From assembly GCA_039818205.1 (NCBI GenBank), contig JBCBUK010000007.1:128001-192000 (forward strand): DNA of 64,000 nucleotides, given 5' to 3'. Both the position numbers and the translations under genes were made by a program. Under the pieces are notes generated by a model that worked only from the letters and a program-made list of their open reading frames with translations, was not told the DNA's origin and did no database searches. Of the stretch, positions 58,306 through 64,000 are shown piece by piece. Position 1 is the first letter of the stretch. Each line of letters opens with the position of its first letter. The DNA is from Verrucomicrobiota bacterium. Lineage in GTDB: Bacteria; Verrucomicrobiota; Verrucomicrobiia; Opitutales; Cerasicoccaceae.

Positions 58306-58793
58306 TGCCTCGAGAATCTGCTGGTCTGTTAATGTTTGATGACACGGGTAACGAACTACGTGTCTTGGTCGTTCACCCGGGCGGCCCTTATTACGCCAAG
58401 AAGGATGGTGGCCATTGGTCCATCCCCAAGGGTGAGCCCAACCCCGGTGAAGAGGATTTACTCGAAGTCGCTCGGCGAGAATTTGGAGAAGAAACCGGAC
58501 TCCAACCACCCACCCAGGAAGACGTCGATTTCTGGCCGCTGGATACGATCCAACAAAAGGGCGGGAAAATCGTTCATGCCTGGGCGTTTCGAGGTCAATG
58601 GCCCGAGGACCACGAGCTGACTAGCAACCGGATCGACATTGTCTGGCCCCCAAAGTCCGATCGTGTCATCTCCATTCCGGAGGTCGACCGTGCCGAAATG
58701 GCCACCATCGAGCGAGCTCGCGAACTTCTCAAGGAAACCCAGCACCCACTACTCGACCGCCTGGTGGGCCTCCTTGGCCGCAACCCAACTTAG
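58305..58793 (+). CDS. NUDIX hydrolase
   Basis: VHPGGP, WSIPKGE...ARREFGEETG, PEVDR. Confidence 0.9.
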   Translation: MPRESAGLLMFDDTGNELRVLVVHPGGPYYAKKDGGHWSIPKGEPNPGEEDLLEVARREFGEETGLQPPTQEDVDFWPLDTIQQKGGKIVHAWAFRGQWPEDHELTSNRIDIVWPPKSDRVISIPEVDRAEMATIERARELLKETQHPLLDRLVGLLGRNPT

Positions 58794-59197
58794 AAAATCG
58801 ATCCCAAACTAAGAAATCCCACCAACATCAGCGTTTGGAATCGGAAAACCGGCATCTCAGGCGATGAGCAAAAGAAGAAGTCTGACCGCTTTCATAAAGA
58901 AAATCCGCAGCATCATTTCCAACTCACCCAGCTTGTTTTTCCCGCAAATGGCCGAAAATTGGCGCATTAAACGACACCCAAGATCAAAAAAATTCCGCAA
59001 TCCCGAAGAAAACTTTCCCTCCCTCCCGTGAATTCAGGTTCTAAACGGGGTATTTATCCCCCAATGAGGGAAATTGTTTGTAGAAAAGTGCGAAGTGATA
59101 AGGACTTGCGTGCATTTCCGCCTTTACACCGGGAGAGGAAACCCAAAACTACACGACTTGCCCACCTTTTAAACGTAGATCTTCTACCTATTTGCTT

Positions 59198-60931
<1,734 letters not shown>

Positions 60932-61049
60932 AAAAATGCAAATCGTAAAAGACAATTGGCAGAGCTCGAACCGGCACCTAGTGTGCTGCGGTGAAGATCT
61001 GGCTATGTCTTTCACTATTAGCGTTTCGAACCCTTAATATTTTTTCGCC

Positions 61050-62126
61050 ATGAGCTACGAAATGAATGAACTGCTCAATCTGATGTGTGATGAAGGCGCA
61101 TCAGACCTCCACGTTCAGGTTGGTCAACCACCGACACTCCGGACCGGTGGTACCATGGTTCCGGTCGACGGACCTGACCTTGAACCCGAGGACACCGAAG
61201 CGCTCATGGCTGCGATTACCTCCGATGCCCACCAGCAAAAGCTGAAAACGATGGGTGGAGCCGACTTCGGATTTGCCTTTATGGACCGTGCCCGATTCCG
61301 GGTTTCGGTGCTTAAATCCAAGGGCAATTACGGCATGGTTCTCCGGCAAATTCCGAACAAGATGTTCGGTCTCCGGGAAATCGGTCTGCCGGATAAGGTC
61401 AAAGACTTGCTCACTCGGCCACGGGGCCTGATCCTCGTAACGGGCCCTACGGGCTCTGGAAAGTCCACCACCCTCGCCTCGATGATCAACTGGATCAACG
61501 AGAACCAGGACGGGCACATCATTACGATCGAGGATCCGATCGAATATTACCACAACCATAAGCGCTGTATTGTCACCCAACGCGAAGTGGGCGTGGACGT
61601 TCCCAGTTTTGCTGATGCCATTCGTGGTGCGCTACGACAAGATCCCGACATCATCCTCGTTGGGGAAATGCGTGACTTGGAAACCATTGAGGCAGCGGTT
61701 TCCGCAGCGGAAACCGGTCACTTGGTTTTCGGCACCTTGCACACCACTGGTGCAGCCCGCACGGTTGACCGGATTGTTGATGCGTTTCCATCAGAAACCA
61801 AGGACCAGATTCGGACCCAACTTGCCTCATCGATTGTTTCGGTTATCTCGCAGGTGCTTTGCCGCAAAGTCGGCGGTGGTCGCGTAGCCAGCTACGAGAT
61901 CATGGTCACCACTGACTCGATTTCGGCGCTTATTCGTGAAAACAAGACCTACCGCATCAGTTCCGACATCCAGACCGGTGCGAATTTGGGTATGATTTCC
62001 CTGGATGCCCACCTGCTCAGCCTATTTAACCGCGGCATCATCACAGCCGAAACCTGCATCGAAAAATCTCAACTGCCGGACGAAATGCGCCAGAAGGTCG
62101 CTACCATGTCCCAACAGAAAAGCTAG
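61050..62126 (+). CDS. pilT: Type IV pilus retraction ATPase
   Basis: [50 protein letters not shown]. Confidence 0.95.
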   Translation: MSYEMNELLNLMCDEGASDLHVQVGQPPTLRTGGTMVPVDGPDLEPEDTEALMAAITSDAHQQKLKTMGGADFGFAFMDRARFRVSVLKSKGNYGMVLRQIPNKMFGLREIGLPDKVKDLLTRPRGLILVTGPTGSGKSTTLASMINWINENQDGHIITIEDPIEYYHNHKRCIVTQREVGVDVPSFADAIRGALRQDPDIILVGEMRDLETIEAAVSAAETGHLVFGTLHTTGAARTVDRIVDAFPSETKDQIRTQLASSIVSVISQVLCRKVGGGRVASYEIMVTTDSISALIRENKTYRISSDIQTGANLGMISLDAHLLSLFNRGIITAETCIEKSQLPDEMRQKVATMSQQKS

Positions 62127-62162
62127 CTGTTACTTTACTCCAATCGCGTTGCTTAACGACCC

Positions 62163-63857
62163 ATGTTTGAAGACCATAACGACACCATCTACGAAATTCT
62201 TCAGGAAAGCGATCTGATCGATCAGGCCCAACTTGACGATCTAAACCAAGCCCACATCAACACGGGTAAGGCGCTGGCTGAGGAAGCAATCGATTCGGAG
62301 CTAATTGAGCGCAAGGCACTCCTCCAGGCGATCGCTGACTTTCTTCAATACGAATTTCTCGAGTCTCCACCAACCGGTATCGACGAAGACGTCATCCTCT
62401 CGATGAAGGCCTCCGTCGCTCGAATGTATGCGGTCTTGCCAATGCGATCCGACGACCACTCGATCGACCTGCTCGCGAAGGACCCTTTCAATAACAACAT
62501 TATTGACGATTTGACGTTCTCCCTCGGTAAGGATGTCAATTTGATCGTTACCGACCCTGACTACATCGATGGCCTGATCATTCAACACTACGGTAGTGAA
62601 GAAGCCTCGATTGATGACCTGTTGGATGAAATTCGCGCGAGTGAGCCAGAGGTCGACCTTGATGGCGACATGTCGGCGAGTGAGCTGACGAACCTTGCGA
62701 ACGAAACTCCGATCATTCGTTTCGTAAACCTCGTCCTCCAGCAAGCGATTCGGGACAAGGCTTCGGACATTCACTTTGAGCCTTTCGAAGACCAGTTCCG
62801 CATCCGCTACCGGATTGACGGTGCGCTCTACGAAATGGCGCCTCCGCCTTCGAATCTTGCAGTGCCGGTTATTTCGCGCATCAAGGTTCTTTCCAGCCTC
62901 AATATTGCAGAGCGACGCATCCCTCAAGACGGTCGGATCAAGATGACCATTGCGGGTCGTCCGGTCGACCTCCGGGTATCCACCCTGCCGACCCAGTTTG
63001 GTGAGTCGGTGGTTCTCCGGGTTCTTGACAAATCCGTCGTTAACCTCGACCTCGAGAACCTTTCATTGCCCGAAGACGTTCTCCACAGTATTCGGGTTTT
63101 GGTCGCCCGCCCAAACGGTATTTTCATCGTCACCGGTCCGACCGGTTCGGGAAAAACGACCACCCTCTACTCCGCGCTTCGCGAAGTAAATCAGGTGGAT
63201 ACAAAAATTTTGACCGCGGAAGACCCAGTCGAATATGAAATCGACGGGATCATGCAGGTGGCGATTAACCACGCTGTGGGGCTAAATTTTGCGGCTGCGC
63301 TGCGTTCCTTCCTGCGTCAAGACCCGGATAAAATCATGGTCGGGGAGATTCGTGACCTCGAGACCGCCCAGATCGCCGTTCAGGCATCCCTTACCGGTCA
63401 CGTGGTGCTTTCGACGCTTCACACCAACGATGCACCCGGTGCGGTCACGCGGATGATCGATATGGGCCTTGAGCCATTCCTAATTTCAGCATCGCTAGAA
63501 GGCGTTCTTGGTCAACGACTTGTGCGCCGAATTTGCCCTTCTTGTCGCACGGCCTACGAGCCAGACACCGAACTCATTGATGTCCTTGGCATCGATCCGT
63601 TGGAAATTGCGGACAAACAATTTTACTACGGAAAGGGTTGCGCAGAATGTAGCCAGACCGGTTATCGTGGCCGGCAAGGCTTGTTTGAGATGATGGCCAT
63701 CTCAGATTCCATCCGCGATCTCATCACCCAAAAGGCTCCAACGTTGGTTCTGAAACAGAAAGCTTTGGAGCAAGGTATGCGAACACTGCGAGATGATGGT
63801 CTCCGTGCAATTTTCGACGGCGCAACCTCTATCGAGGAAGTGTTAAAGTATACCTAG
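62163..63857 (+). CDS. pilB: PilB/GspE family assembly ATPase, copy 2
   Basis: [36 protein letters not shown] Zn motif. Confidence 0.9.
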   Translation: MFEDHNDTIYEILQESDLIDQAQLDDLNQAHINTGKALAEEAIDSELIERKALLQAIADFLQYEFLESPPTGIDEDVILSMKASVARMYAVLPMRSDDHSIDLLAKDPFNNNIIDDLTFSLGKDVNLIVTDPDYIDGLIIQHYGSEEASIDDLLDEIRASEPEVDLDGDMSASELTNLANETPIIRFVNLVLQQAIRDKASDIHFEPFEDQFRIRYRIDGALYEMAPPPSNLAVPVISRIKVLSSLNIAERRIPQDGRIKMTIAGRPVDLRVSTLPTQFGESVVLRVLDKSVVNLDLENLSLPEDVLHSIRVLVARPNGIFIVTGPTGSGKTTTLYSALREVNQVDTKILTAEDPVEYEIDGIMQVAINHAVGLNFAAALRSFLRQDPDKIMVGEIRDLETAQIAVQASLTGHVVLSTLHTNDAPGAVTRMIDMGLEPFLISASLEGVLGQRLVRRICPSCRTAYEPDTELIDVLGIDPLEIADKQFYYGKGCAECSQTGYRGRQGLFEMMAISDSIRDLITQKAPTLVLKQKALEQGMRTLRDDGLRAIFDGATSIEEVLKYT

Positions 63858-63946
63858 TCAATTCAGGGATTAGCGTTGTCACGGCTGCTCCTGAAGTTTA
63901 CACGATTCACTTTTTACTAACATTGTCACCCGCTTAAAACCTACCC

Positions 63947-64000
63947 ATGGCCAAATTCAGTTACACTGCCATCGACCCCTCTGGTAAACAAAAAACAGGC
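63947..64000 (+). CDS. pilC: PilC/GspF platform protein (5' fragment)
   Basis: MAKFSYTAIDPSGKQKTG, a typical PilC/GspF start, directly after pilB; only 18 codons are visible. Confidence 0.7.
   Translation, partial: MAKFSYTAIDPSGKQKTG

Noticed and set aside
58794..59197. Riboswitch, sRNA or small ORF in the long spacer before pilB
   Set aside because: I could not recognise a conserved motif, strong structure or convincing ORF by eye; an Rfam/Infernal scan would be needed.

Overview
A gene-dense bacterial chromosome segment. I infer Verrucomicrobiota, probably Opitutales, from the PEP-CTERM protein, SHD1-like secreted proteins, fused ccoNO and the pilB-pilT-pilB-pilC order. Core genes: partial smc, frr, proB, rpmJ/rpmE/rpmB, ppk1, cimA, hflX, trmL and pyrD. 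Larger loci: (1) a fabF-ACP-CrtI-like oxidoreductase mini-cluster; (2) a cbb3 oxidase operon led by a Cys-rich hypothetical gene and facing a PocR-AraC regulator across direct repeats; (3) a mirror-image glycogen locus with two DUF4912-like/GH57 pairs, glgA and a GH13 debranching enzyme; (4) an NSS transporter with a small subunit; (5) a voltage-gated channel with filter TLEDWTD; (6) type IV pilus/T2SS ATPases. Reading the DNA by hand recovered genes missing from the ORF track: smc, a ccoS-like gene, the NSS small subunit, Zn-free L36, a 40-aa lipoprotein and the start of pilC. I saw no rRNA, tRNA, CRISPR array, integrase or transposase. All family assignments come from motif recognition; no database search was run.
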